NCBI RefSeq assembly: GCF_001194135.2
Contig: NC_068989.1
Coordinates: forward strand, 88,158,236 to 88,222,235
Source: Octopus bimaculoides
Taxonomy: Eukaryota
Direction: 5' to 3'
DNA length: 64,000 nt
Part shown: positions 1 to 61,470 of the stretch, piece after piece
How the letters are laid out: each line of letters opens with the position of its first letter
Numbering within the stretch: position 1 is the first letter of the stretch
Notes under the pieces: generated by a model
What the model was told of the DNA's origin: nothing
The model's input: only the letters and a program-made list of their open reading frames with translations
The model's database searches: none
Translations under genes and position numbers: made by a program

Positions 1-222
1 CCCCGCTTCCCGCATATACATACATATATATACATACATGTGCCTTTGCCTACTCCAACTACTACCACCAACAACAACACAACCACCCTGTCTCTCTCTC
101 TCTTTCTCTTTTTTTTTCTCCCTCTTTAATGCCCACACTCCCTCCCTCTCATCATCGCTAGCTCCCCGACCATTTCTCTTCCTGATGACTGAACCACATT
201 ATAGCGGTGACATTAACAGTGG

Positions 223-46755
<46,533 letters not shown>

Positions 46756-47859
46756 CTGGAATAGAAAGGAAAGAGACAGAATTAAGAACAATCATAACAA
46801 CAACAACAACGATCAATGCCAACATGGACAAATCTCACAACAGACACGGTTTTATTAAGGCAGATTTTTTTGGTCCAAGCAAACTAATACTTCTCCGATG
46901 GTCAAACATGTTCTGGCAGAATATTGTAAAGGAATGACGCTGCTTGTATGACAGTTACACAACTACCATGAAACATCAAAATAAGGACACACGGACACAC
47001 ATATGACAAGGGTTTATTTTCAGTTGAACAAATACACTCACAAAGCTTGGTTGGCCCAGAGCTACAGCAAGGTGTTGTGCAGAGGGAATGAACCCGGAAC
47101 TATGTGGTTGGGAAGCAAACTTTTTACTACACAGTCATCACAGCCATGCCTGCATACACACGCACTCATTTCATTGTGTTGCTTCCCAACCGCATGGTTC
47201 CGGGTTCAGTCCCACTGCGTGCCACCTTGAGCAAGTGTGTTCTACTTTCACTCTAGGCCAACCAAAGCCTCGTGAGTGGATTCAGCATATGGAAACTGAA
47301 AGAAGCCTATTGTATATACCTATGTGTGTGTGCATGTCTTTGTGTCTGTGTTTGTCCCCCATAGCCGCTTGACAACAGGTGTTGGTGTGTTTATGTCTCT
47401 GTAACTTAGCGAATTGGCAAAAGCGACTGATAGAATAAGTACTGGGCTTACAAAGAATTTGTCCTGGGGTCGATTTGCTCAACCAAAGGTGGTGCTCCAG
47501 CATGGCCGCAGTCAAATGACTAAAACAAGTAAAAGAATGGGCTTCTTTCAGTTTTCACCAACCAGATACACTCACAAGGCTTTGGTCAGCTCAAGGCTAT
47601 AGTAGAATACACTTGACCAAGGGCCACGCAGTGGGACTAAACCCAGAACCATGTGGTTGGGAAGCAAGCTTCTTACCACACAGACACACCTGTATCTATA
47701 CAGGGACATATTCATACATGTACATATATATGAATGCATCACTAAACACATAGATATATAGATATTCAAGCTTATGAAATTATATACCTATCCACACGTG
47801 CATAGAGTTTCACAGTCCAATGTAGGTTCCAGATCTAATATAGTGAAGTTCTTTATATA

Positions 47860-47909
<50 letters not shown>

Positions 47910-48849
47910 TATGCAGGGTAGGGAATCATCAATTAGTAATAAAATTAATAATTAACAATTTCTGCCGGGTAGCTCAGTATGTTGGAGAAGCAGGTTACTG
48001 TCAATCCCTATATATTTATGATTATATATATATATATGTATGTATGTGTGTGTGTGTGTATCATGCATGTGTACTCAACATAAGCAAGTACCACACACAC
48101 ACACACACACACAGAGTGTGTAGTCAGCAGTAATAATCTATTGTTGTGGTGTCCCCTCACTCTCTCCAATTGCAGGGGTTGTATAGTTGAGTGACCTCAT
48201 ACTGACCTCCTGCTGACAAAAGCCAGCTTGCTGGGCCAGTTATTAGTCAGACATGTGGGAGTTCATTTTTACACTGCAGTCCCCCCCACCCCCACTTCCT
48301 AACTGCTGGGGGGGGGGGTCAGACAGGTCTGAAAATAGTTGAGGGTCCCAAGTAGCAAACAATGGCAGTGATCATACTGTTTGTCAGCAGATAGTAGAGT
48401 GATAAGGGCAGCAGCAGCAGCAGTTGTAGTAGTAGTAGTAGTGGTGGTGGTGGTGGTGGTAATAGTAACAGTAGTAGTAGTAGTAGTAGTTAGTAGTAGC
48501 AGCAGTAAAGCTATGACCACTATGATCAAAAGCTTTCCAACAGTGACCATGTCTTTTATTTCACACATGAGGCCAAGAAAAGGGTGTTCATGATGTCAGC
48601 CCTGTTTCCACCGATCCTTTCACACCCCACCCACATGAGCCCTTCCCCCACCCCGGATGAAAGAGAGACAATTTCATAGATAATATATTTAAAACTACAT
48701 TATCAAGTGTGTCATTCCGGAACTAGGCTCACAAAGAATGAGTCCTGGTCATCAATTTCTTTGAATGAAAGACAAAGTTGCCCTCAGTGAAATTTGAACC
48801 AAGAACATGAAGACAGGTGGACATACAGCGAAGCATTATCATGTCCAGC

Positions 48850-49069
48850 ATGCTAATGATTCTTTTCTACTCTAAGCACAAGGCCCAAAATTTTGTGGGG
48901 AAGGGGCCAGTCAATTAGATTGAATCTCAGTATGCAACTGGTACTTAATTTATCGACCCCTGAAAGGATCAAAGGCAAAGTTGACCTCGGCAGAATTTGA
49001 ACTCAAAATGTAAAGACAGATGAAATACCACTAAGCCCAGGATGCTAACGTTTCTGCCAGCTCACCACC

Positions 49070-49102
<33 letters not shown>

Positions 49103-49353
49103 CATAATGATTTTGGCAAAAGGCCGGCAATTTCAGAGAAGGGGTGAAGTCGATTACTTCGACCCCAGTGCTCAGCTGGAATTTATTTTCATCATCATCC
49201 TCCTCCTCCTCATCATCATCGTTTTTATTGACTCCAAAAGGATGAAAGGCAAAATTGACCTCAGTGGAATGTGAAATCAGAACGTAAAGACAACATGCCA
49301 CTAAGCATTCTGCCTGGTATGCTAACGATTCTGCCAGCTTAATAATAATAATG

Positions 49354-49394
<41 letters not shown>

Positions 49395-49400
49395 CCTGTC
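48850..49400 (-). mobile_element. Chain of family C SINEs with (TAA)n tracts
   Basis: Two family C bodies and flanking TAA arrays. Confidence 0.75.
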
Positions 49401-52377
49401 TTCTATCGACAGCTTTGAAGGGAGGAGGTTAGTGATGCCATGAATCCCATGATTAGTTCACAGTGATGATGATGATGATGGCAATCGAGGTTTCTGATTT
49501 AGACACAAGATTCACAAGGGCAATTTTGAGGGGAGNNNNNNNNNNNNNNNNNNNNNNNNNNNNNNNNNNNNNNNNNNNNNNNNNNNNNNNNNNNNNNNNN
49601 NNNNNNNNNNNNNNNNNNNNNNNNNNNNNNNNNNNNNNNNNNNNNNNNNNNNNNNNNNNNNNNNNNNNNNNNNNNNNNNNNNNNNNNNNNNNNNNNNNNN
49701 NNNNNNNNNNNNNNNNNNNNNNNNNNNNNNNNNNNNNNNNNNNNNNNNNNNNNNNNNNNNNNNNNNNNNNNNNNNNNNNNNNNNNNNNNNNNNNNNNNNN
49801 NNNNNNNNNNNNNNNNNNNNNNNNNNNNNNNNNNNNNNNNNNNNNNNNNNNNNNNNNNNNNNNNNNNNNNNNNNNNNNNNNNNNNNNNNNNNNNNNNNNN
49901 NNNNNNNNNNNNNNNNNNNNNNNNNNNNNNNNNNNNNNNNNNNNNNNNNNNNNNNNNNNNNNNNNNNNNNNNNNNNNNNNNNNNNNNNNNNNNNNNNNNN
50001 NNNNNNNNNNNNNNNNNNNNNNNNNNNNNNNNNNNNNNNNNNNNNNNNNNNNNNNNNNNNNNNNNNNNNNNNNNNNNNNNNNNNNNNNNNNNNNNNNNNN
50101 NNNNNNNNNNNNNNNNNNNNNNNNNNNNNNNNNNNNNNNNNNNNNNNNNNNNNNNNNNNNNNNNNNNNNNNNNNNNNNNNNNNNNNNNNNNNNNNNNNNN
50201 NNNNNNNNNNNNNNNNNNNNNNNNNNNNNNNNNNNNNNNNNNNNNNNNNNNNNNNNNNNNNNNNNNNNNNNNNNNNNNNNNNNNNNNNNNNNNNNNNNNN
50301 NNNNNNNNNNNNNNNNNNNNNNNNNNNNAAGAATATTTTTCTCGAATGGATCACTCCCCCACCCGGTACATATTCTGTTGGTCTCTTTTGCCGGACCTCT
50401 ATGTTACAGGGACGTAAACAAACCAACACCGGTTATCAAGCTGTGGGGAAAATAAAAAGAAATGCTAAAACACACCCGCATTAATATATACACAACAGCT
50501 TTCTACACAGTTTCCTATTTCTTTATTGCCCACAAGGGGCTACACACAGAGGGGACAAACAAGGACAGACAAAGGGATAAAGTTGATTACATCGATCCCA
50601 GTGCGTAACTGGTGCTTATTTAATCGACCCCGAAAGGATGAAAGGCTAAGTCGACCGTGGCGGAATTTGAACTCAGAAAGTAGCAGTAGACGAAATACCA
50701 CTAAGCATTTTGCCCAACGTGCTAATGATTCTGCCCCACAGCTTTCCACACAGTTTCTGTCAACCAAATTCACTCACGAGATGTTGGTTGACCCAGGACC
50801 ATAGAAGACACTTGCCCAAGGTGCTATTCTATGGGATTGAACCCAAAACCAAGTAGTTGCTAGGTGAGCTTCTTAACCACACAAGCATGCCTGTGCGTAT
50901 ATATGTACATGTATGTATATATGTGTGTGTGTGTGTGTGTATATATACATATACATATATATATGCATACATACACACGCGTGCTTGTGTGTGTGCCGCA
51001 TTGTGGTTTGGGTGTTGGGTATACGACTGCAAAATTATGGGTTCAATTCCTAGCCAGAGCAGCAGGTATCCTTCAGCAAGGTACTTTATTTCATGTTACT
51101 CCAGTTTACTCAAGGGAAAATATGTTCAAGTGGGGCTGCTCTCTCTTCTGCCCCCAGCTATCAAATCCTCAAGGTTCCACAAGAAGCAGGGAAGTTGAAA
51201 GAGTACCTACATCGGCATGTGACCACAAAGCCGCTTAAAACAAGTGAAACCATGGCATAAGCTACCATGTCATACTTGTATGCAGGTGACAGCTAAGATC
51301 TTTAAGCCTAACCCTAAATCAAAAAGCACAAAGGTCCTCCTGCAGTCAGTGGCTCATAAAGTCAGTTCCCCCTAATTTGTAACGTATACATTTCTTCCTT
51401 CGATGGCAAGCTAGTCTGTTGCAGGATATAGCAGATTATTTGCCAAGTGAGTGGACTGGAGCAACATGAAATTCAATGCTTCACTCTTGAACACAACACA
51501 TCATCACTCTGTCCAGAAACGTAGAATAAGTCCTGGGGTCGATTTGCTCGACTAAAGGCGGTGCTCCAGCATGGCCACAGTCAAATGACTGAAACAAGTA
51601 AAAGAGTAAAGAGTAAGAGTATTATTATTATTTATTATCTAACTGAACACGATGCATCCATTTCAAAGTAAATGTATATAAATGACCATCGTGAAATACA
51701 ACAATATATATATATACATATATATATATATAATCATCACTTAACATCCATTTTCAAGGCTGACATGGTTTGGATGATTTAACAGGAGCTGGTAAGCCAA
51801 AGGACTGCACCAAGCTCTACTGTTTATATACATACATACATACTTACCTATCTATATACACCTGTATATATGTTTGAATGTATGTCCGTATATAGCTTCA
51901 TGTAACCAGAGAGTTTGCCCTCGCACCCCCATCACTACCATCTTTATCTTATTCCCAGCTACTCCTACCTACCCCTCTATAATGTAGCGTCCCCATGTAT
52001 CTCCTCTATAACAAGACACATGTGCTTGTCCCTTTATCACGTCTCAGCCTCTCAACATCTCACATAAAGCCACCTCCCCATCGCAAATATTCCCAAACTT
52101 AGTCGAGGTGACAGTGGGGAGAGCATCTTCCTGTTCTTTCCCAGACTGGCAAGTTACCCGGTGACCACACTGGGGGGCAGTGGTATGAATAAAGCACCCT
52201 GAACACTCCATAAAGAGGTTGACGTTAGGAATGGCATCCAGCAATAGAAAGCATGCCAAAACAGACAACTGGAGCCTGTTGCAGCTCTTTGGCTCTCCAG
52301 ATCTTGTCAAACCACCCAACCTATACCAGCATGGAAAATGGATATTAAATAAGGATGGATGGAGATGTACCAGTAGA

Positions 52378-52751
52378 GCGCTAAGAGCACCGTTCGAGCG
52401 TGATCGTTACCAGCGTCGCCCTCCTGGCACTTGTGCAGGTGGCACATGAAAAGTCATTCGAGCGAGATCGTTACCAGTGTCACTGGACTGTGCAGGTGGG
52501 ATGTAAAATACACCATTTTGAGCGTAGCCATTGCCAGTACCGCCTGACTGGCCTTCGTGCCAGTGGCACGTAAAACCACCCACTACACTCTTGCAGTGGT
52601 TGGCGTTAGGAAGGGCATCCAGCTGTAGAAACTCTGCCAAATCACATTGGAGCCTGATGTAGCCATCTGGTTCACTAGTCCTCTCAGTCAACTCGTCCAA
52701 CCCATGCTAGCATGGAAAGCAGACGTCAAACGATGATGATGATGATGATGA
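52378..52751 (+). mobile_element. RTE LINE 3' UTR
   Basis: Family subrepeats and (GAT)n tail. Confidence 0.9.
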
Positions 52752-53091
52752 TTTTATATATNNNNNNNNNNATATATATATATGTATATATATATACACA
52801 TATATATACATATTTATTGAGTGAAACAAATAAGAGCTAAAATGATACAAGAAATCATTGATGAGAAGACTTCTAAGTGAATACTTGACTTGCTGAAAAT
52901 AACAGCCAAATTTCCACCAAATTACATGCTACCTAATGAAAAAAAGGACAGATATTGTATAATGAATATAGAGTTAGAACGGAAGAAGGGATGGTCACAA
53001 ATGGAATGTATCTGATCATAGGCCTACTGGATTAGGACTAAGTTAATACAACTACCACCACATAGTAGTAGTAGTAGTGGTGGTGGTGGTG

Positions 53092-53140
<49 letters not shown>

Positions 53141-53754
53141 CAGCAGCAGTAGTAGTAGTAGTAGCAGTAGTGGGAGGAGCAGCAACAGCAATAATAATCT
53201 CTTAGGTAAGTCCAAATTTGTTGGGGGTGGGAGCAAGCGAAAGTAGAGGGAGACAAAGAGAGAGAGAGAAGGGTAGGGGGGGATAGAAACTGCAGTCCAA
53301 GATAATGAATGCTATAGAATTTTGCCATAGATGGCTGGCTTCTGAAAGAGTCAACAGAAAATGCAGCCACCATAGCTGAGTAGCTGGGGGTGAGGGGGGA
53401 GTGGAGGAGGAGCAGGAGGGGACGCGCAGGTACAACTTCACACCTCAGAATATATATATACTAACAGATATTAGATGTAATGTGATGTGCAGGTATGGAG
53501 AAGGTCATGAACAAGAAGACAGACCACACACACACATACAAGCGTAGATGTATTTATACACATATTTAGACAGCCACAGATTATGCACATACTTTCTGAC
53601 ATAAATAAGCATACAGACACATACAAGAAGCACACAAACTAATATATATATATATATATATATACATATATAAATATATATACAGACAATAGGTGAGAGG
53701 TGGATATGCTCATTGTAGAAAACATGTACCAGTGCTCAAATGATTTTGACTTAA

Positions 53755-53975
53755 CCCTTTCGTTCCCGTATTCATTTTGAGATGCTCTGCGTTTCTTTTA
53801 ATTATTTTCGATATAACAAAGAATTTAGTAAAATAATTGCGCTATCATTCAGCTAGTGTTAGGGACATAAATTGTGACTAAGGTTTGGTGGAAGATTTTA
53901 ATTCAGAACTTATGAAAACAAGACATTTGTACTACAGAGTCAGAAGTGGTATCAGCTGGTTTGGTAACGAAAGGG
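53755..53975 (+). mobile_element. piggyBac-type MITE (221 bp)
   Basis: TTAA at 53751-53754 and 53976-53979; TIRs CCCTTTCGTTCCC / GGTAACGAAAGGG; partial minus copy at about 58448-58603. Confidence 0.9.
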
Positions 53976-54093
53976 TTAAACTTTGAATTCTTCAGCCAGA
54001 ATTGGGTCCATGATATCAGGAGTGACTATAAAACTATAAGAGAAATCAAGGCAAACTTGATCACTATCTCCATATATATGTATGTGTGCATGC

Positions 54094-54130
<37 letters not shown>

Positions 54131-54162
54131 GAGATACATATTTATATATATGTATGCATGTA

Positions 54163-54206
<44 letters not shown>

Positions 54207-54746
54207 NNNNNNNNNNNNNNNNNNNNNNNNNNNNNNNNNNNNNNNNNNNNNNNNNNNNNNNNNNNNNNNNNNNNNNNNNNNNNNNNNNNNNNNNNNNNNN
54301 NNNNNNNNNNNNNNNNNNNNNNNNNNNNNNNNNNNNNNNNNNNNNNNNNNNNNNNNNNNNNNNNNNNNNNNNNNNNNNNNNNNNNNNNNNNNNNNNNNNN
54401 NNNNNNNNNNNNNNNNNNNNNNNNNNNNNNNNNNNNNNNNNNNNNNNNNNNNNNNNNNNNNNNNNNNNNNNNNNNNNNNNNNNNNNNNNNNNATATATAT
54501 ATATATATATGAATGATGATAAACAGACATTATATCTGTACATCTTCATGCAGATCCTGACAGAAAAAGAACACAGTCATCCCTAACATACACACACAGT
54601 TGTGTTCATAGAGATATTCAAAACCACACATTTTATAGGTAAATATAGCAGATTTAAAACAGATAGACAATAGTCATTCCAGCACCCACCCACACACAAT
54701 ATACCTATATCTATATATGCATCTCTCCCTCCATATACATACATGA

Positions 54747-54783
<37 letters not shown>

Positions 54784-56394
54784 CTCACTCTTTAAGTGTT
54801 TGTGTGTGTGTATATACATATATAAATATATATATATATATAGCTATCTATCTTTCTTCATCTACATATATCTCATCTGTGTGTGTGTGTGTGTATGTGT
54901 GCATAATAGATGAGTGAACAAGACTGAGATGCTTGGGAAGGCTTAACACAGAAATGCATACAGATACTTTGACAGATACACACAAGCAAACACATACATA
55001 CACGCACACACACATACACAAAACATTAAGCTTAACAGAAAACAATCCAAGGTCCCCTCTCCCTCAACTATCTCTCTCTCTCTCTCTCTCTCCACCTTCT
55101 TCAACCAGCTAAATATGCCACACAGGTTCAGTTAACTACGGCACCGCTTCCTCCTCCTCCACCATCACCACCACCACTACTACTACTACTAGCAGAAGAC
55201 TTATATCAATTTAGGCTTTGATACAATTTCTTCACACAACCAGAGCAAGGTGACCCAGATCTAGTTAGTAGTAGTGGTAGTAGTAGTAGTAGTAGTAGTA
55301 GCAGCAGCAGCAGCAGCAGCAGCAATGGCAGATGCACCATTACTATTTTTAACATCGCCACCAACCTCATCACCAGTTTGCTTTGGTTACACTTTAAATG
55401 CACTTTGGAAAGGCATAAATAAGCTTCACACCAGCCTCTTCCTCCTCCTCCTCCTCTGCCCCACCTACAACAACCACTGCAAATCAGTGACTGCCTGCCC
55501 GGTCTCCCCAGTCTCCTCGATACCTCGACTGATATTACTGAGCAGAAAACCCCTTGAAAATTACCAAAAAGGAACAGTTAATGCTGCTGCTGTTGCTCCT
55601 ACTACTACTGCTAAATAATAACAATAATAATATTTATAGTACTACCACATGTACTACAACAGAGAACTCCCACACACAAATTTCTAAAGTCCCTTCTCTC
55701 TCTCTCACACTTAATGGAGATCTTTATAAATCAACAGCTTAATAGTATGCATAAATGTGGCAATATTGTTTGGCTGTGTCTGAGGTCGACTTTGCCTTTC
55801 ATCCTTTCGGGGTCGATAAATTAAGTAACAGTTGCACAGTGGGGTCAATGTAATCGACTGGCTCCCTCCCCAAAGATTTCGGGCCTTGTGCCTAGAGCAG
55901 AAAAAATATTGTCTGGCTGTGTAAATATAAGCAAATTGTGTAAGGAGAGACGCATACAAATAGAGGCACACACACACACACATTCCTTTATAACTCTATA
56001 GGCATGATCCTGATACAGGTGCTGTGCCTGGGGCCAACACAGCCCTTAAAAGGCTGGTGAGATGTTCACTGTTAATTGCCATATTTTCCAGTGTACAGGG
56101 TTGAGTTTTTCTGACCAAAATTTATAGCCGAAAAAGATAGCTCAACTTATATACCAAGATGACTTTAGACGACCAATGATTCTATTGGGAATGCAGCAGG
56201 ATTTGCAACAACAGTGACAAATGATTGAATATTTAGACTATATATTAGGTTGACTTGTATGCAGGAAAACAGCATGGACAGGATGGTAACTGCAGAGGAT
56301 CAACCTTGTGGGAGAAAGGGCAAGGGTGGAAAACCTGATAGAGGTGACAAGAAGAAGAGAGGAGGGAGTCAGGAGTGGCCAAGTAGAGACAGGA

Positions 56395-57081
56395 CAGTGG
56401 TTCCCAAACCTTTTCAGGTTGCTGCCCCCTTGACATCCAGGCCACCACATTCCTAGTGCCCTCACCCCAACTAACCATCACAAACATAGACCTCTTTCTG
56501 AAGTAAATTCAAAGCAACTGTATTTCACAAATAAAACTTAACCTAATGAACGCATTATTACCTCCGCCTTAGCGAAGGCAGGAGTATTGCTTTCAGTCGT
56601 GTTTGTTTGTTTGCCTGTGGACAAGAATTCTCAAGAACCGCTGGATGGATTTGGATGAAACTTTCAGGGATGTTTGGCCTCGTGACTGACACAAACTGAT
56701 TAGATTTTGGGATTGATCCAGATTTTGGGATTGATCCAGAACCGGACAAGGATTATTTTTCCTGTTTTTAACTTAATTTTTGCGAGCAGTCGGGTTCATT
56801 TTCAGTATTCTCGTTAGTGAGAGCAATTGAGTTTATTTCAGATATTCTCATTTAAAAATCATCTCTGGCTAATCGTTGAGAGGACATTGGTGTTGACTTG
56901 GCAGAGGTTTGTGCTCTCTGAGTGCTCTTGTTTTGTTTGTTTTTACATGAATTCACCACCCCATTATTGCCCCACTTGCTACATGAATCACTACCCATCA
57001 TTGCCCCACTTTTCTTCAATGACCCCTTGGAATTTTCCACTGCCCTCAGGGGAGCAATACCACCTGCTTTGGGAACCACTG
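56395..57081. mobile_element. hAT (Charlie-like) MITE hosting a nested element
   Basis: TIRs CAGTGGTTCCCAAA / TTTGGGAACCACTG; degenerate 8-bp TSD agacagga / atatagga. Confidence 0.8.
56555..56933 (+). mobile_element. Helentron/DINE-1-like non-autonomous element
   Basis: 5' TTATTACCTCCGCC, (GTTT)n tract, subterminal GGCAGAGG (56900-56907) complementary to CCTCCGCC, 3' stem-loop GTGCTCTCTGAGTGC, T-rich end. Confidence 0.6.
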
Positions 57082-57664
57082 ATATAGGATATAAACAGCC
57101 AGCTCTAAACAGCAGAAAGAAGATACTGCAGTAGAGATACAAAAAGGAGAGAAATAACATTGTTACAGTTTGCTGGTGAATGACATCATGGCGTTGGAGT
57201 TGGTTAACCTTTCTTTGGATGTGGTTTAACCCAGGGGTCCTCAAAACCTGACTGCAGACCAGCACTGGGCTACACAGAAACAATAAATTTTTAAACTTTA
57301 TTTCTACTGTATTTATTACTTGCATTATACATGTATTAGGTATGTAATAATAGATTCACATATTGTGCACTTTGTGTCTTGTGTTAGACATGATCCCTTG
57401 GCCTGTGGAGCAAAAAAAAAAAGGTGTGGCCCACCGGTTTAATCCTTCCACATGTAAACTGGTCATATCCAGTCTGAACATTCTATCTCTTTTATGCTCA
57501 AACTCACCAGATTTCGCTTCCTACACTTACCCTACAATGTCATTCTAAAAATGACATCATGGCATTCAATTGTTAAACCTTTCTTCTTCCACAGTTCTGA
57601 TGAAATTTCTTGTGAATGAATTTTGTACAGAAACTGTGAGGGAGAGGGCGAGAGAGAATGAGAA

Positions 57665-57763
<99 letters not shown>

Positions 57764-59012
57764 AAATGTGTGAGTGTGTTTCTCCTCTCACTACTTGAAA
57801 AGGAGTGTTTGTTTATGTCCCCCACAATTTACCAGTTCAGCAGAATAAACTGTTAGAATAAGTATGACACTGGAAGTTAGCACTGAGATCAATTTGTATG
57901 ACTAATTCTAACAGTTTGTGTGACTAACAGTCACATCTACCAAATCTTGAAGCGACCACATAATGCCTGGCAGATTCAAAGAGACTCTGGATAAATAAGG
58001 ATTACGTTTGATGAAATAATCTGAATGCTAAAGGGTTGCGATGTATGTTTAGCAGTTGTAACAAATGAGAGGGCTGTAGTGGCTTTCATTATTGGTTTGA
58101 CCTCAAAGAATTAGGCGCTGTGAAGGGCTAAAATATTTTCTGGCTCTTCAAAGGAAACCCATTGTGTGTGTGTGCATGTTTATGTGTGTGTGTGTATTCT
58201 TTTACTTATTTCAGTCATTTGACTGTGGCCATGCTGGAGCACCACCTTTAATCAAGCAAATTGACCCCAAGACTTATTCTTTGTAAGCTTAGTACTTATT
58301 CCATCGGTCTCTTTTGCCGAACTGCTAAGTTATGGGGACATAAACACACAACCATCGGTTGTCTAGCAATGGTGACGGGGACAAACACAGACGCACAAAC
58401 ATATATATATATGTATACAATGGGCTTCTTTCAGTTTCCGTCTACCAAATGTCTTGTTTTCATAAGTTCTGAATTAAAATCTTCTACCAAACCTTAGTCT
58501 CAATCTATGTTCCTAACACTAGCTGAATGATAACTAAGTTATTTTACTAAAATCAATTGAAAGAAACACAGAGCATCTCAAAATAAATACGGTAACAAAA
58601 GGGTTAACACCTCCACCATTTGCCTTTGTTACCTTCAGATACTATACTCTGCCTGCAAGCACCCCGGTCAAATCTCCAGTCTAACGATAGCTTCCTCACA
58701 CTTCCACCCCTTCCTCCACCCAATCTCAGAGGCCTTTTAAAGAGTCACCAGCACTGCTCTCTCTCCTTTCTGACTAAAAAACAAATTTTAAAAAATTTCC
58801 TAACGCACAAACATACTTTCCAGACATAAATGGTGCAGCTACAGGTATAGGCGTGGCAGTGTTGTTAGAGGTTTGCTTCACAGTCACACGGTTTCAGGTT
58901 CAATCTCACTGCAAGGCACCTTGGGCAAATGTCTTCTACTATAGCCCCAGGTCAACCAAAGCCTTGTGAGTGGATTTTGGAAATGGAAACTAAAAGATGC
59001 CCATCATATATG

Positions 59013-59061
<49 letters not shown>

Positions 59062-59063
<2 letters not shown>

Positions 59064-59245
59064 CATCATCATCATTTAGCGTCCATTGTCCATGCTGGCA
59101 TGGGTTGGACAGTTTGACCAGGGCTGGCACGCTGGAAGGCTACACCAGGCTCCAGTCTGATCTGGCATGCTTTTTTTATGGCTGGCTGCCCTTCCTAATG
59201 CCAACCACTCCGGGAGTGTAATGGGTGCTTTTACGTGCCACTGGA
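59062..59245 (-). mobile_element. RTE LINE 3' UTR fragment
   Basis: (CAT)n plus the reverse-complement family tail. Confidence 0.8.
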
Positions 59246-59994
59246 TTGTGTGTATGTATGTATGTAGAGATGTGTACATGTGTGTACATGAGTGCATGTA
59301 TGTATTTGTTTGTCCTTGTCTTAATATCATGTGATTGTTGCAAATGAATATTATTCCTTTCCAACATTTTGCAAAAACCTATCTGGCCAAAGGGAGATAT
59401 TACCATATTTGGAAACAAGGGAGGGTTGGTGACCAGATGGGCATCTGGCTGTACAAAATCTACCTCAACAAACTTTGACCCATGCAAGCAGAGTAAAGTG
59501 GACATTAAAACAATGATGATGATGATGATGATGACAGGTACATCGTCACACATGCAAATTAAATACACGTTTCACATATACTCATCCACCTAAGCACATA
59601 TCAGAACATACATGTACATTTCATGGACCCACAACTGTAGACACCAACAAACACACACCCACAAACCTATATATACCAGTACACACACACACACCTGTAT
59701 ATGCTAGTTCACACGCACACACATCCACTCACCCAAAGCAATTGTCAAAAAGAAGACATCTTTGGATTTTCTTGGCTTCATTAAAACTGTTGTGTTTGAG
59801 TGTGTGTGTGTGTGTGTGTTTGTGCGTGTGTATGTATGCTGTGTAGGCATGTCAATGTGTAACACACACACACACACATATACATGATAATCAACAAAAA
59901 AGATGTTAGGTCCATAAGACTAGAATAGGTTCACAAAAACAGATGGAACGATAGTAAAGGAGTGGAGGGAGGGAGTTAACGGGGAGGAGGGTTA

Positions 59995-60339
59995 CACAGT
60001 AGTAATAGTAGATGTGGTGGTGGTGGTGGTGGTGATGGTGATGATGATGATAGTACAGTGGTGATAATGGTTGGTATAGTAATGATGCAGTGATGGTAGT
60101 AGTAGTAGTAGTAATATAGTGGTGATGCAGTGACGGTGGTGGCTGAAGTAGTAGTGATGGTGTAGTATGGGGGGTGGGGCTAATGGTAGTGGTGTAGAAA
60201 TAGTTAAGGCAATATCAAAAATAGTAATACCAAATAATAGTAAAGGTGGCGGTGGCAGTAGTAGTGGTGGTGGTAATAGTAATAGTAGAATAAGAGTAAT
60301 GGTGATTGAGGTAATGATAGTATAACCAGCTGCAACAGC

Positions 60340-60378
<39 letters not shown>

Positions 60379-60457
60379 GGTGGTGTAGTGGGTAGTGGTG
60401 GTGGTGGTAGTAGTAGTAGTGGTAGTGGTAGTGGTGGTGGTGGTGGGGTGGGTAGTG

Positions 60458-60489
<32 letters not shown>

Positions 60490-60505
60490 GGTGGTGGTGG
60501 TAAGA
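59995..60505. repeat. Compound (TAG/TGG/TAA)n trinucleotide tract
   Basis: Direct reading; similar tracts at 35640-35755, 48410-48505, 53060-53200 and 55260-55325. Confidence 0.95.
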
Positions 60506-60603
60506 AGAGCTAGCAAAAATGACATATGCATACATCCACAAACACAGACATAACAGACATACATAAGCACCCAAACACACACAATCAGCTGTGTAGAAAT
60601 AGG

Positions 60604-60650
<47 letters not shown>

Positions 60651-61099
60651 CTACACACACACACACACACACCAGTGGAGAGAAGGCAGTTGTTAGTGAT
60701 GTGTTTGAAATGCATTAGCAAGCTGCAGCCAAGTGTTGCCAACTGGAATAGGTTGGTTGTGTGTTAATAAACACAGGTAAACCACTGCATGGTAGCAGTG
60801 AGAGGAGGGTGCATATATGCACTTGTGCGTGTGTGTGTGTGTGTAGTTGTAAGAGTAGGAGGAAGAGGAAGGAGGGGAAGTGAAGGGGAGGTGCTGTTGA
60901 AGAGAGATGTATCAGGAGGAGGTAAAGCATGTCAGAGGGGAGAAAAGACCCGGACACCCCCCCCTCTAAACATGACTAAATACACCCATGTACACCAGAC
61001 CACACACACAGAGGTACACCTGGGTATATACATGTGCGTTTACTCAATCATACACACATGAGCCTCAACCATACATAAATATACACTTGATCATAAACA

Positions 61100-61417
61100 T
61101 ATTTGTACACCCGACTAAGCCCATACACATTGCCACATACATATACTAGAATATACACACACACATACACACACACATACACGCACATGCAATCACATGC
61201 CTACCCATACACATATGTACACCCAGTCAGAAGCACACACACACACACAGTTACATATACCCGACTGAATATACACACACACATTTATGTACACCCGACT
61301 ATATATATATACACACACATTTGCATACATCTGACTATATATACACACTCATTTACATACACCCACATACACTTGATTATACACACACACACTTACATAC
61401 ACACATTTACATACCCC

Positions 61418-61470
<53 letters not shown>

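Noticed and set aside
55200-55272. TACTAAC-TAG branch point/acceptor on the minus strand
   Set aside because: Arises from a TAG-repeat edge; downstream frames close quickly and show no TLK similarity
57590-57640. CTGATGA...GAAA hammerhead candidate
   Set aside because: No convincing stem II and no stem I or cleavage triplet; just a short inverted repeat
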